A DNA stretch of 55,055 bases from Myxococcota bacterium (GTDB taxonomy: Bacteria; Myxococcota_A; UBA9160; UBA6930). The notes under the pieces are model-generated. The model searched no databases. It was not told the origin of the DNA and worked only from the letters and a program-made list of their open reading frames with translations. The translations under genes and the position numbers were made by a program. The stretch covers positions 1 through 55,055 of the forward strand of contig JAHRAN010000056.1 in assembly GCA_020027245.1 (NCBI GenBank). Reading direction: 5' to 3'. Position 1 is the stretch's first letter. Each line of letters starts with the position of its first letter. Of this stretch, positions 22,675 to 31,138 are shown in pieces.

Positions 22675-23838
22675 ATGTCTGTCCCCGCGTACTCGATCAC
22701 CACCGACGCCATCGCCGCCGAGACGGAGCGCGCCGCAAAGAGCGGCAAGCCCTTCGATGTGGCGCGGGTGCTGACCCTCGATGAACTGAGCCTGCCCGCG
22801 CCCGGCGCAGGCGATGTGCATCTCAAAATTCTCGCGGTGTCGGCGGAGCACAACATTGATCACGCCAGCACCGCGGACACGGTCAACATCGCCGAGGTGC
22901 GCGGCGGGCGGATGATCCCGGGCAACAGCGCGCTCGCGGAGGTGCTGGCGGTGGGTGGCGGCGTCACAAAGTTCCAAGCCGGCGATGTGGTGATCACGCA
23001 CTGCAACGGCGGCCCGGACGCCGATGGTTTCCCGCTGCGCATCTGGGGCTACGACGCCGAGGACAGCGTCGGCTGGTACGCGAAGGAGGCCGTGGTTGCA
23101 GACTGGCAGTTGCTGCACGCGCCTCTCGATTGCGGTCTCAACCTGTGGGAGATCGCCGCGCTGCCGCTGCGCGCGCCGACCGCATACCATTTGTGGCGCC
23201 GCGCGCTTGGCATCTACCGCATCAAGGTGCCGCGCGAACGCCGCGCCCGCTTGAATGTGTTGAGTTTCGGCGGCGGCGTGGGCGAGTTGTTTCTGATGAT
23301 GGCGCGCGCCGAGGGTCACAACGCCTGGTTCTGCGCCGGCTCTGCCGAGCGCCGCGCTGCGCTCGAAGCGCAGGGCATCGCGGGCATTGATCAGAAACAG
23401 TTCAACCGCTTCACCACGCGCGATGATGTGCGCGCCTTCAGCAAACACTGCCGCGCGCTCACCGACGGTGAACAGATGCATCTGGTGTGCGACATGCTGC
23501 GCGGCCCGGTCTTCGACGCAGGTCTCGCGGTGGTGGCGCGACAGGGCGTGAATGTTTCCGCCGGCTGGCAGCTCTCGCAGAAGATCAGCTACAACTCGAC
23601 GCTGCTGAGCGTGAAGCAGGTGACCCTCGACCACACGCACTACGAAACGCTGGCAGGTTGCGCCGCCGCCACCGAGCTTTATGGCAGCGTCTTCCGTCCG
23701 ACGATCCACGACGAGATCTACAGTTGGAAAGACTTGCCCCGCGCCCACGCCGAAATGCACGCCAACACCCAGACGGGCATCCCGATTATCCGAGTTGCGG
23801 ACGAGTTGCCAGCGGCGGCGGAGCGCATCGTCCCGTAG
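22675..23838 (+). CDS. MDR-superfamily reductase resembling crotonyl-CoA carboxylase/reductase
   Basis: ATG 22675 follows GGAG. HCNGG.D..GFPLRIWGYDAEDSVGWYAKEAVV...QLL.AP, TAYHLW and the FGGGVG nucleotide loop are present. The C-terminal WKDLPRAHAEMH.N parallels the Ccr end. It is about 40 aa shorter than canonical Ccr. Confidence 0.6.
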   Translation: MSVPAYSITTDAIAAETERAAKSGKPFDVARVLTLDELSLPAPGAGDVHLKILAVSAEHNIDHASTADTVNIAEVRGGRMIPGNSALAEVLAVGGGVTKFQAGDVVITHCNGGPDADGFPLRIWGYDAEDSVGWYAKEAVVADWQLLHAPLDCGLNLWEIAALPLRAPTAYHLWRRALGIYRIKVPRERRARLNVLSFGGGVGELFLMMARAEGHNAWFCAGSAERRAALEAQGIAGIDQKQFNRFTTRDDVRAFSKHCRALTDGEQMHLVCDMLRGPVFDAGLAVVARQGVNVSAGWQLSQKISYNSTLLSVKQVTLDHTHYETLAGCAAATELYGSVFRPTIHDEIYSWKDLPRAHAEMHANTQTGIPIIRVADELPAAAERIVP

Positions 23839-23870
23839 TTGTGTCGCTGACCGGGGCGCTGCCGACCCCG

Positions 23871-23916
23871 TCCATCCTTTTGACCGCGCCGCGCCGCTGC
23901 TATCGGCCCTCAAAGG
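23871..23916. repeat. Intergenic repeat family B copy
   Basis: ccatccttttgaccgcgccgcgccgctgctatcggccctcaaagg. It lies between convergent genes and overlaps the stop of the hotdog-like gene. Confidence 0.65.
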
Positions 23917-24985
23917 CCGCGAGTTTCAGGCGGTAGTCGCCGACTTGCAGGCGGTTGTCGTCGGTGATGGCGGCGAGGGCTTTGCTGGCCTGCTGCCGCT
24001 CGTACTCGGCGCGGCCGATGGCGTTCACGTTGTTATAGACGGCGAGGTCGGCCGTCACGAGTTTAACGCCCGGTTGTCCGGGCCAGTCGCTGACTTCGCG
24101 CGTCGTGAGCGTTGCGGACAAATGCTCCGGCGGCTCGTCTTTGTGCGCCGGGTTCGCGTCTTCGCTGCGCAGCTTTTCGCTCAGGTAGACGGGCGCAATG
24201 TGCTTCGCCACATCGAGTCCCACGAGCAGGCAGGCGCTCAACTGCTCGGCGTAGTTGCGCACGCCGTAGAGCAGGGTGAGGAGACCCCACACGATGTAGC
24301 CCGAGCTGCGCGTGTAATGCGTCTTGGCGAGGTTGCCGAGGCCGCGCGTCAGCCAGAAGATGTCATCCGGTTGCAGCACGCTCGTGTACGCGGTCGGGAT
24401 GGTCTCGCCCACGCGAAAATCCTCGGCGGCGAGGGCAGCCGGCGCCGCTTCGCCCGGTTGTTCTTCCGGTCGCTCCTGCGGCAGCCGAGCCGTGGCCGGG
24501 TCGAAACAGGTGGTGATTTTCTCGCGGTCGTCCAGCGGCGCGCCATCGTCGGCCAGCCGCCAGCCGCGCCGCCCGTTCACGATGCACTCGCGGGTCCAAC
24601 TCAGAACGGGGTCTTCGCCCGGCGCGCCGATCACGCTTTGCACCTGACACACGCCGGTGTCGGCGCCCGGTGCGCGGAACTTGCGACCGAGCACGGTGGT
24701 CGTGGCCTCGAGCTCGAGGCTTGCCGGCGCGCGCCGGAACAGCACATTGCGCGCGCCGAGATTGGCGGGCGAGTTCTCGCTCACCGCCGTGGTCTTGCAA
24801 AAAGCGACGAGCTTGAAGTAGACCGGGTCGAGGCCACCCGTGGGCCGCCAGAAGAGTCGCCCGAAGCGCGCCTCGAAGGCCTCGGGCGTAATCGCAAGCC
24901 CCCGCCCGAGGGCGCCCCCCGGCAGCACCAGCCCCAGCTTCAAGTCCTCGATAAAAAGCCCGCTCTCGGCGCTGTGCTCGCTCAT
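23900..24985 (-). CDS. Hypothetical protein, possibly double-hotdog (MaoC-like) fold
   Basis: ATG 24985 is preceded by aggggaag. The 361-aa protein has two similar-length halves. The second half has a weak MaoC-like LQPDDIFWLTRGLGNLAKTHYT segment. G+C is like the core genome. The family assignment is tentative. Confidence 0.35.
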   Translation of the reverse strand: MSEHSAESGLFIEDLKLGLVLPGGALGRGLAITPEAFEARFGRLFWRPTGGLDPVYFKLVAFCKTTAVSENSPANLGARNVLFRRAPASLELEATTTVLGRKFRAPGADTGVCQVQSVIGAPGEDPVLSWTRECIVNGRRGWRLADDGAPLDDREKITTCFDPATARLPQERPEEQPGEAAPAALAAEDFRVGETIPTAYTSVLQPDDIFWLTRGLGNLAKTHYTRSSGYIVWGLLTLLYGVRNYAEQLSACLLVGLDVAKHIAPVYLSEKLRSEDANPAHKDEPPEHLSATLTTREVSDWPGQPGVKLVTADLAVYNNVNAIGRAEYERQQASKALAAITDDNRLQVGDYRLKLAAFEGR

Positions 24986-25028
24986 TCCGCTTCCCCTTTC
25001 CGGTTGACCGGCGCCGGCCGCTTCCGGT

Positions 25029-27956
25029 CTATCCGTTGCCGTTCGGAATGCGGGTGTGTTTGCCGCCGTGGACGCTGGGTTCGGCACACCACTTGCGGCG
25101 CAGCAGGTCGAGTGGTTCGAGTATGGCTTGGGGCAGACCGAGAAGCTCGACCAGCACGGCGCGGTCGAGGCTCTGGCGGGTCTCGTCTCGGTATGCCTCG
25201 TTCGCAGGCAGGAATTCCTGCTTCTTGAAGCGCTGGAAAATTTCTTTTGCCTGCTTGTGTTGCGTCGCGCTGAGTTTGCGGGTGTCGAGCACCGGCAGCT
25301 TCGGCAACTCGGTGATGGTGAGAATTGCCCGGCCCTGTTGTTGCCTGCTTCCACACCACCAGAACAGCATGATGCCGAGGGTGGTGTTCGCCCAGAGGAC
25401 AATCGCGTGCTCGTGTTCGGTTTTTTCCGGGATGAAATTCGGCCAAGCCCTGCCGCCGATGGCAGGTTTCGGCGTCACGCAAGCGGCGAGGCTCTGGGAG
25501 TTCAACCGAAAATCCCGGTTGAAGTGCAGTCTTGATGCCGTCTTCCAGACTTCCTGCGCCTTCTTTTCCATTCCAGCGCGCACAGTTCCCTGACGGTCCG
25601 GGTGAACAACGAGGCACCGCTCCCGCTCGGCATCATGCCCCCACAGGCAAGGCCATGTGGGTTGTCCGTGTATTCCTCCGATGTCAAAAGGGCCGCGCGG
25701 GCTTCCGTCGCTCTGCATCCCGTTTATGTCCATGTGGTAGAACCCTCGTTTCCCGATCTCGGTGATCTCGGCTATCGGTATGTTGCGCCTCCGCTTCGCA
25801 CCGGGCAGTGCGAGGCTCCCGTTTTCAAGCGCCTTGCAAGTTGTCACCAGTTCCGGGTCGCCGACGCCTGCCATGCCGCCATCGTGGAGCGTTCCGGACA
25901 TGACGGCACCCGCGCGGGTATCTCCAATCAGAAGATCGCCTTCCGAATTGATAATTCCCTGTGCGACGACAACGGCCTCTGCGACGCTTTTCGGTCGGCT
26001 TTGCAGCGATGCGAAGCGGACGGTTGCGTGTTCTACGATCCGCTTGGTCTCGCGCTTTTTCCCGATGACGAGCGCCTCGGCCATGCCGGTGTCGGCGGAA
26101 AAGGCTCTCATCGTCGCCCCAGTCGTGGCAAGCGAGACCACCGTGATGTCGTCATAGAACTGGTCGAGTAACTCCCGGCTCATTTTCCATGCCCGGCCCT
26201 GCGTCAGAGAAGCGGGGACAACCATTGCGAGTATTCCGCCCGGTTTCAGCTTGATGTTTGCGAGGTCCAGGAAATTCGAGGCAAGTCCTGCGTTCCCGTG
26301 CCCGGCGGTGTCTTTGATCTTGCTCTGCATTTTCTGAAGTCTCTGCGACATCACACGCTGCTCATCATCACTTGTATTGAAGCCAGCAAACGATGGAACA
26401 GGTACCCCAATTTTCTTAGCACTCTCGTGTCCCGTCGGTCTCGTGAACGGCGGGTTCATGATTACGAGGTCGCAGCTCCTGTGTTTAAGCTCAAAGTCTG
26501 GAAGTTTTGCTTTGGCTTCTACTTCGTGCTCGCCACGCCCACCGACTGCCCGGATTCCGGTGGTTACAAAAAGATCGGTGGCGTGCTCTGCTTCGATCAG
26601 GTCAAGTGCGCCCAGTGCCAACGGCTGAGGTTCGTCTCCTCTCTCTGGTGGCTTGCCGTAGGGAAGAACATGAATCTGCGTTTTGTGGAAAGTGATCCTC
26701 GGGTGTGTGCTCGACAGTATCGAGGTCGTAAGGTGCGTCGCGGCAGGCATGATGTCCGTGGCAATCAGTGATTTCTCCATCATCGGCCTGTGGAGTTCAC
26801 TGTCCGAGCCGCCCGCTCTTCGATGCCGCGCGAGCACGGCGTGATACGCCGCTGACAGCAGTGCTCCGGTGCCACAGGAGAGATCCGCAATTCGCAGCGC
26901 TTTGATCGCGTTGGCATCTCTCCAGTCAACCTCCAGCCTGCCGACGGCGAGTTCAGCCAGCAGGCTGGCGGACTCGGGCAGGGTGTAAAAGGTCGCCAGG
27001 AACTTGCGATCCGAGATCAAGCGTTGGAACATTCGGCCCGACAAGTCGTGTGATTGAGTGACACCAATGGCGGCCAACTCGTTGGCGACGTCAGCGAGGT
27101 TATCCAGAATCTTCGCCGCCACGGAAGCCGGTATCGGCTTCATCACTTTGCTGGCGATGTCGAAAATCGGCCAGTAGTTGATTTCATACAGTATCCGCTG
27201 CCACTCTTTGAGAACAGCATCACTGGGCAGCACGCCATTGGTGGTGCGCAATTCTGCGATGGTTTTTACATCGTGCGTTCCCGCGATGATGCCCTGAAAG
27301 ATCAGCGCGTTGGCGGCAATCGCCATCGCCATGCGTGTAGTCTGTACTCCATCTTTCTGATGAAGCTGCTCGGCAATTTTTTCATTGACTGCGGGCTTGC
27401 TCTTCAGCGCCTGTCTGAGCAGCCCCGCCGCCGCGCCGACACCCTTTTCCAGCGTGTCGAGGCTCTTCGCAATCACCTGCTCGGACAGAAATGCGTTTTC
27501 GATCAGGTCCGCAAGGTCGTCCACGCTGCCCTGCAGCCATCCCGTTGCAGGCCAGCGCACCAGCGGGTCGCCACTATCGTCGCCCGCCGAGAGAAGGCAG
27601 TACTCATAGGTCGCCTTTTCGATCGCCTGTTTCAGTCGCGCCTGCTCCACCGATTTCAGCGCTTTCGGTGCCCGCAGGGCGACTACACGCTTGATGGTCT
27701 TGCCCGTCTCGCTGGTTTTGCCTCCAAGGCGTGACTTCGCATCTTTCTCCACTTCTCTTGCTGGCAGATACTCGGTTTCCACCACGATGGGCGCATCCTC
27801 GGCCTTCGAGATCAGGATGTCCGGTGTCCCCCTTCCCTTGAGAACGCTGCTCGCTTCGGCAACGAGGGTTCGACCGGTTTTACGCCACTCCGGGTTCTTG
27901 GTGCGCAGAACCTCGGCCAACATGATGTTGAAGGTTCTCTCGTCGTTCTCCGCCAT
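25029..27956 (-). CDS. 975-aa N6-adenine DNA methyltransferase fusion (Type IIG-like single-chain R-M/defence candidate)
   Basis: ATG 27956 is preceded by agggag. Motif X-like FYTLPESASLL, motif I IADLSCGTGALL, motif IV DLVIMNPPFTRP, and post-motif LKPGGILAMVVPASL are present. There is an N-terminal ~110-aa PD..ExE nuclease-like segment and a ~400-aa C-terminal extension. G+C is lower and patchy: 48 %, 53 % and 72 % in three hand-counted lines. Confidence 0.8.
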   Translation of the reverse strand: MAENDERTFNIMLAEVLRTKNPEWRKTGRTLVAEASSVLKGRGTPDILISKAEDAPIVVETEYLPAREVEKDAKSRLGGKTSETGKTIKRVVALRAPKALKSVEQARLKQAIEKATYEYCLLSAGDDSGDPLVRWPATGWLQGSVDDLADLIENAFLSEQVIAKSLDTLEKGVGAAAGLLRQALKSKPAVNEKIAEQLHQKDGVQTTRMAMAIAANALIFQGIIAGTHDVKTIAELRTTNGVLPSDAVLKEWQRILYEINYWPIFDIASKVMKPIPASVAAKILDNLADVANELAAIGVTQSHDLSGRMFQRLISDRKFLATFYTLPESASLLAELAVGRLEVDWRDANAIKALRIADLSCGTGALLSAAYHAVLARHRRAGGSDSELHRPMMEKSLIATDIMPAATHLTTSILSSTHPRITFHKTQIHVLPYGKPPERGDEPQPLALGALDLIEAEHATDLFVTTGIRAVGGRGEHEVEAKAKLPDFELKHRSCDLVIMNPPFTRPTGHESAKKIGVPVPSFAGFNTSDDEQRVMSQRLQKMQSKIKDTAGHGNAGLASNFLDLANIKLKPGGILAMVVPASLTQGRAWKMSRELLDQFYDDITVVSLATTGATMRAFSADTGMAEALVIGKKRETKRIVEHATVRFASLQSRPKSVAEAVVVAQGIINSEGDLLIGDTRAGAVMSGTLHDGGMAGVGDPELVTTCKALENGSLALPGAKRRRNIPIAEITEIGKRGFYHMDINGMQSDGSPRGPFDIGGIHGQPTWPCLWGHDAERERCLVVHPDRQGTVRAGMEKKAQEVWKTASRLHFNRDFRLNSQSLAACVTPKPAIGGRAWPNFIPEKTEHEHAIVLWANTTLGIMLFWWCGSRQQQGRAILTITELPKLPVLDTRKLSATQHKQAKEIFQRFKKQEFLPANEAYRDETRQSLDRAVLVELLGLPQAILEPLDLLRRKWCAEPSVHGGKHTRIPNGNG

Positions 27957-28157
27957 GGTTTCGCTCCCTGTCGCCTCGGACTGCTGTATCTCGCCCGCAA
28001 GGCGCGAGGCCCGTCTGCTTCGCACCCTATACCGGCTTGCGCCCGCCTTCGCCAACTGCCCGGCAAAAAGCGGCTTGGGGCGCATGACACCGGGGCGGCG
28101 GGCTTCTATAGTGCCGCCCGTGCTTGTGCTCGCAGCGAACAGGACGGAAGTGCTCCC

Positions 28158-29288
28158 TTGATTGTCGCCGTGCCGAAGGAAGTGGCCGTCGCGGAGCGGC
28201 GGGTGGCGCTGGTTGCAGCCGGGGTGAAGGCGCTCGTGGCGGCGGGTCACGAACTGCGCGTCGAAGCCGGCGCGGGCCTGGCCGCCGGTGTTTCGGACGC
28301 GGACTACGAGGCCGCGGGCGCGCGCATCAGCGCCACGCCGCTCGAAGGCGCCGGGTTGCTGTTGAAGGTGCAGGCGCCGAGCGCGCAGGAGATCGCGGCG
28401 CTCGGTTCCGGCGCGGCGCTGATTTCGCTGCTGCAGCCGCTCGACAAACCCGAGCGCGCAGGCGAGTTGGCGCGCGCGGGCATCAGCGCCTTCGCCCTCG
28501 AACTGCTGCCGCGCATCACGCGCGCGCAGACGATGGATGTGCTCTCGTCGCAGGCCACTGTTGCCGGGTACCGCGCGGTGCTGCTCGCGGCGAGCCGCCT
28601 GCCGCGCATGCTGCCGATGCTGGTCACCGCAGCCGGCACCATCTCGCCGGCGCGGGTGTTCGTTATCGGCGCGGGTGTCGCCGGGCTGCAAGCCATCGCC
28701 ACGGCCCGCCGCCTCGGCGCCGTGGTGGACGCCTACGACACGCGCGCCGCCGCCGCCGAGCAGATCGAAAGCATCGGCGCACGCTTCCTCACGCTCGATC
28801 TCGAGACGGCCGACGCCGAGGACGCGGGCGGTTACGCGAAGGAGCAGGACGAAGCCTTCTACACGCGGCAGCGGCAACAGATGGGCGAGCAGGCGCGGCG
28901 CTCGGACATCATCATCACCACCGCGCTGGTGCCCGGTCGCCGCGCGCCGCTGTTGATTGACGAAGCGGGCCTGCGCGCCATGCGGCCCGGCTCGGTGGTG
29001 GTGGATCTGGCGGCGGCGAACGGCGGCAACTGCGCGCTGACCCGCGCCGACGAGGAACTCAATGTGGACGGCGTGCAAGTGCTGGGGCCGACCAATCTGG
29101 CCAGCGACCTGCCCGCCAACGCCAGCGCCATGTTCAGCCGCAATGTGGTCGCGCTGCTGCAGCATCTGGCGCCCGAGGGGCGGCTCGCGCTCGACCTCGC
29201 GGACGAAATCACCGACGCCGCCCTCGTGACACACGAAGGTGTCGTGCGAAACCCGGCGCTGCGCGCTGCGCTCGAAGGAGGCGCTTGA
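28158..29288 (+). CDS. pntAA: NAD(P) transhydrogenase subunit alpha part 1
   Basis: MIVAVPKE....ERRVALVAAGVKALVAAGHELRVEAGAG and the Rossmann loop VIGAGVAGLQAIATARRLGA. TTG start. Confidence 0.92.
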   Translation: MIVAVPKEVAVAERRVALVAAGVKALVAAGHELRVEAGAGLAAGVSDADYEAAGARISATPLEGAGLLLKVQAPSAQEIAALGSGAALISLLQPLDKPERAGELARAGISAFALELLPRITRAQTMDVLSSQATVAGYRAVLLAASRLPRMLPMLVTAAGTISPARVFVIGAGVAGLQAIATARRLGAVVDAYDTRAAAAEQIESIGARFLTLDLETADAEDAGGYAKEQDEAFYTRQRQQMGEQARRSDIIITTALVPGRRAPLLIDEAGLRAMRPGSVVVDLAAANGGNCALTRADEELNVDGVQVLGPTNLASDLPANASAMFSRNVVALLQHLAPEGRLALDLADEITDAALVTHEGVVRNPALRAALEGGA

Positions 29289-29581
29289 TGCTCGATAACC
29301 CCGCCACCGCGCTGACCATTCTGGTGCTCTCGCTGTTCATCGGCGTGGAGGTCATCACCAAGGTTCCGCCACTTCTTCATACGCCGCTGATGTCCGGGTC
29401 GAACGCGATCAGCGGCATCACCATCGTGGGCGCGCTGATCGCGGTGGCCAGCGAGGAGCCGTTCATCAAAACCGCATTCGGTTTTCTGGCCATCGTGTTC
29501 GCCACCATCAATGTGGTCGGCGGATTCCTGGTGACAAACCGCATGCTCGCGATGTTTCGCGGCAAGCGAGAGCGCCGGTGA
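29288..29581 (+). CDS. pntAB: NAD(P) transhydrogenase subunit alpha part 2 (membrane)
   Basis: ~97 aa with three TM helices and HTPLMSGSNAISGI. The ATG overlaps the pntAA TGA. Confidence 0.9.
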   Translation: MLDNPATALTILVLSLFIGVEVITKVPPLLHTPLMSGSNAISGITIVGALIAVASEEPFIKTAFGFLAIVFATINVVGGFLVTNRMLAMFRGKRERR

Positions 29582-30966
29582 TTCCGGCGGAGCTGCAGCA
29601 ACTGGCCTATCTGGCCGCCGCGGTCCTGTTCATTATGGGGCTGAAGGGGCTGTCGTCGGCGCGCACCGCGGTGCGGGGCAACGCGCTGGCCGCAACCGGC
29701 ATGGCGCTGGCCGTGGCCGCGGCGCTGCTCGACGCGGGCGTGCTCAACTGGCAGTGGATGCTGGCCGGCGCGGTGCTCGGCTCGGGCATCGGCGCGCTGG
29801 CCGCAACCCGCGTGCAGATGACCGCGATGCCCGAGATGGTGGCGCTGCTGAACGGCTTCGGCGGCGCGGCCTCGGCGCTGGTCGCCGGCGCCGAGCTGCA
29901 AAGCTACTGGAGTGGCGCCGATGCGCCGGGCCTGGTGGTGGCCGCCGCCATCGTGCTCGGCACGCTGATCGGCTGCGTCACGCTGACCGGCTCACTCATC
30001 GCCTTCGGCAAACTCAGCGAGCGCCTGCCGGGCGCTGCCCTGCGCTACCCCGGTCAGCAACTGCTGAACGGCCTGCTCGCGCTCTTCGTGCTCGGCCTCG
30101 GCGTGTGGATCACCCTCGAGCCGCTCGCAGCCGGGACGGGCTACTGGCTGCTGGTCGGGCTCGCGCTGCTGCTCGGCGTGCTGCTGGTGCTGCCCATCGG
30201 CGGCGCCGACATGCCGGTGGTGATCTCGCTGCTCAACTCCTACTCAGGGCTCGCCGCCTGCGCCACCGGTTTCGTGCTGGGCAACTCGGGGCTGGTGATC
30301 TCCGGCTCGCTGGTCGGCGCCTCGGGTCTGGTGCTGACCCGCATCATGTGCGACGCGATGAACCGCTCGCTCGCCAACGTGCTGTTCGGCGCATTCGGCG
30401 CCGAAAGCGAAACCGCCGCCGCCGGCGCTTCCCAGGGCGTGGCGAAGGGCTACACCCCCGAGGACGCGGCGGTGATCTTCTCCAACGCGCGCAGTTGCGT
30501 CGTGGTGCCGGGTTACGGCATGGCCGTGGCGCAGGCGCAGCACGCGGTGCGCGAACTCGCGGACCTGCTCGAATCGCGGGGCATCCGCGTGCAGTTTGCG
30601 GTGCATCCGGTGGCGGGGCGCATGCCCGGTCACATGAATGTGCTGCTCGCCGAAGCCGATGTGGCGTATGAGAAACTGGTCGAGATGGATGACATCAACC
30701 CGCAGTTTGCGGAGACGGATGTGGCGCTGGTGATCGGCGCCAACGATGTCGTGAACCCGCAGGCGCGCGAAGCCGGCAGCGCCATCTCCGGTATGCCGAT
30801 CCTCGATGTGGACCGCGCGCAGCACGTGTTCGTCATCAAGCGCAGCATGAACCCGGGTTTTGCGGGCATCCAGAACCCGCTCTTCTTCCACGACAACACG
30901 ATGATGATCTTCGGCGACGCCAAGGGCGTGGTGCTCTCGCTGGTGGAGGCGGTGCGCGCGTATTGA
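29578..30966 (+). CDS. pntB: NAD(P) transhydrogenase subunit beta
   Basis: Polytopic N-terminal half and C-terminal NADP(H) domain VPGYGMAVAQAQH, HPVAGRMPGHMNVLLAEA, GANDVVNP. GTGA overlap with pntAB. Confidence 0.92.
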   Translation: MIPAELQQLAYLAAAVLFIMGLKGLSSARTAVRGNALAATGMALAVAAALLDAGVLNWQWMLAGAVLGSGIGALAATRVQMTAMPEMVALLNGFGGAASALVAGAELQSYWSGADAPGLVVAAAIVLGTLIGCVTLTGSLIAFGKLSERLPGAALRYPGQQLLNGLLALFVLGLGVWITLEPLAAGTGYWLLVGLALLLGVLLVLPIGGADMPVVISLLNSYSGLAACATGFVLGNSGLVISGSLVGASGLVLTRIMCDAMNRSLANVLFGAFGAESETAAAGASQGVAKGYTPEDAAVIFSNARSCVVVPGYGMAVAQAQHAVRELADLLESRGIRVQFAVHPVAGRMPGHMNVLLAEADVAYEKLVEMDDINPQFAETDVALVIGANDVVNPQAREAGSAISGMPILDVDRAQHVFVIKRSMNPGFAGIQNPLFFHDNTMMIFGDAKGVVLSLVEAVRAY

Positions 30967-30990
30967 AGGGCTGCTTCGCAGCCCTTCAAT
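30962..30990 (+). terminator. Perfect 12-bp stem / 5-nt loop hairpin spanning the pntB stop
   Basis: attgaagggctg-cttcg-cagcccttcaat. No U-tract follows, so intrinsic terminator function is unproven. Confidence 0.4.
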
Positions 30991-31020
30991 ACCGCCAGCC
31001 TTGAGAACCCGAACCCCCGC

Positions 31021-31128
31021 CGTCTCCCATAGGGGAGACGGCGCTCTCCCGGGGGGAGCAGAGGCTGCCCTTTCGCGCTTGGTTAATTCTCTCCCTTCCG
31101 GCAGCCGCTCGGGGCGGTCAAAAGGCTA
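31021..31128. repeat. Family A double-hairpin copy (reverse orientation) fused to a family B copy
   Basis: The reverse complement of 31050-31092 reads gggagagaattaaccaagcgcgaaagggcagcctctgctccc. It is followed by cttccggcagccgctcggggcggtcaaaagg. Confidence 0.8.
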
Positions 31129-31138
31129 GGCTGCGCAG

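Noticed and set aside
27957-29234. N-terminal 426 codons of the annotated 1,401-aa minus-strand ORF (25029-29234)
   Set aside because: This part is antisense to pntAA, which has clear transhydrogenase motifs, and it is low-complexity. A good SD+ATG at 27956 begins the methyltransferase proper.
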